A stretch of DNA of 64,000 nt from Blasia pusilla (taxonomy: Eukaryota): the NCBI GenBank assembly GCA_050084515.1, contig CM114271.1, forward strand, positions 9,238,001 to 9,302,000, given 5' to 3'. A model generated the notes under the pieces. It was not told the DNA's origin. It was given only the letters and a program-made list of their open reading frames with translations, and searched no databases. The position numbers were made by a program, and so were the translations under genes. Position 1 is the first letter of the stretch; every line of letters begins with the position of its first letter. Below are positions 63,235 through 64,000 of the stretch, piece after piece.

Positions 63235-63840
63235 CTTACGCAACTCGTCGGGACGGTTGTTGGGATGCTTTAACACTTACGCAACTCGTCGGACTCCAAC
63301 GAGTTGCTCGATTGATGAATGGGTTAGGTTTTTTTTGCCGAAAGAAACTCGTCGGACTCCGACGGGTTGCTCGACTCGACGCTTTTTCGGATGTTTTTTA
63401 AGAATGCAACTCGTCATACTCCGAAGAGTTGTTCGATTGATCACAGATTTAATTAGTTTTTGGCCCAAAGCAAACCGTCAGAGTCCGACGGGTTGCTCGA
63501 CTCGCCGCCTTGTCATGATGTTTTTTGAAGAATGCAACTCGTCGGAGTCCGACGAGTTGTTCGACTGACTGCAGGTTTATAATGTTTTTTGCCCAAAACA
63601 ACCCGTCGGAGTCCGACGGGTTGCTTGCCTCGAAATTGTTTTTGGCCAAAATCAACCCGTCAGAGTCCGACAGGTTGCTATGTTCACATTAGTATGTTCA
63701 GTTGCACAACCCGTCGGAGTCCGACGGGTTGAAACCAGGCATTAGCAAATCTGAATGCAATCCATCGGACTCCGATGGGTTGCATCATTTAGCTCGTTGC
63801 TAGAATCCGACCTTGAGCTGTGACGACCCGTCGGAGTCCA
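63235..63840. repeat. Intronic palindrome array
   Basis: Homolog of 45165-45915; contains a perfect CAACCCGTCGGAGTCCGACGGGTTG near 63599. Confidence 0.92.
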
Positions 63841-64000
63841 TCCCGGATGAAGCAAACCTTGAAAGTTCTGGAGATTTCGAGGTTTGGCTCGACGACATAT
63901 GGGACAAGCCAACCAAAAACCCAGGATTCAAGACCATGTTCAAGGTTTGCGTCCTCCCTCAGGCAGAGCTTGACGAAGAAGTAGAGGGGAACAAACGGGA

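Overview
Eukaryotic, repeat-rich genomic DNA from a land plant (bryophyte-like by gene and repeat style; this is inference). The only clear host gene is gamma-secretase subunit PEN-2 (minus strand), with a ~6 kb intron containing a decayed LINE. The window also holds degenerate Ty3/gypsy and Ty1/copia remnants, three related ~1.2 kb LTRs and a kinase-like pseudogene split by a solo LTR. Two blocks (about 10.4-18.7 kb and 39.8-64 kb) consist of scrambled copies of one large DNA element, about 12-13 kb when pieced together by eye from overlapping fragments. It has two divergent spliced genes: (A) a Mutator/MULE-like DDE transposase with an N-terminal GCM/WRKY-like Cys/His motif and a C-terminal SWIM finger; (B) a long protein joining a ParB/Srx-like domain (DGNHR) to a beta-class amino-DNA-methyltransferase-like domain. 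Its introns, intergenic region and 3' region carry periodic arrays of a 25-27 bp palindrome (GCAACCCGTCG-N5-CGACGGGTTGC). It has short, imperfect, asymmetric termini. One end pair brackets an ~8.5 kb inversion with an inverted 9-10 bp target duplication. All copies here are broken. Domain calls come from motif recognition by eye, not from database searches.
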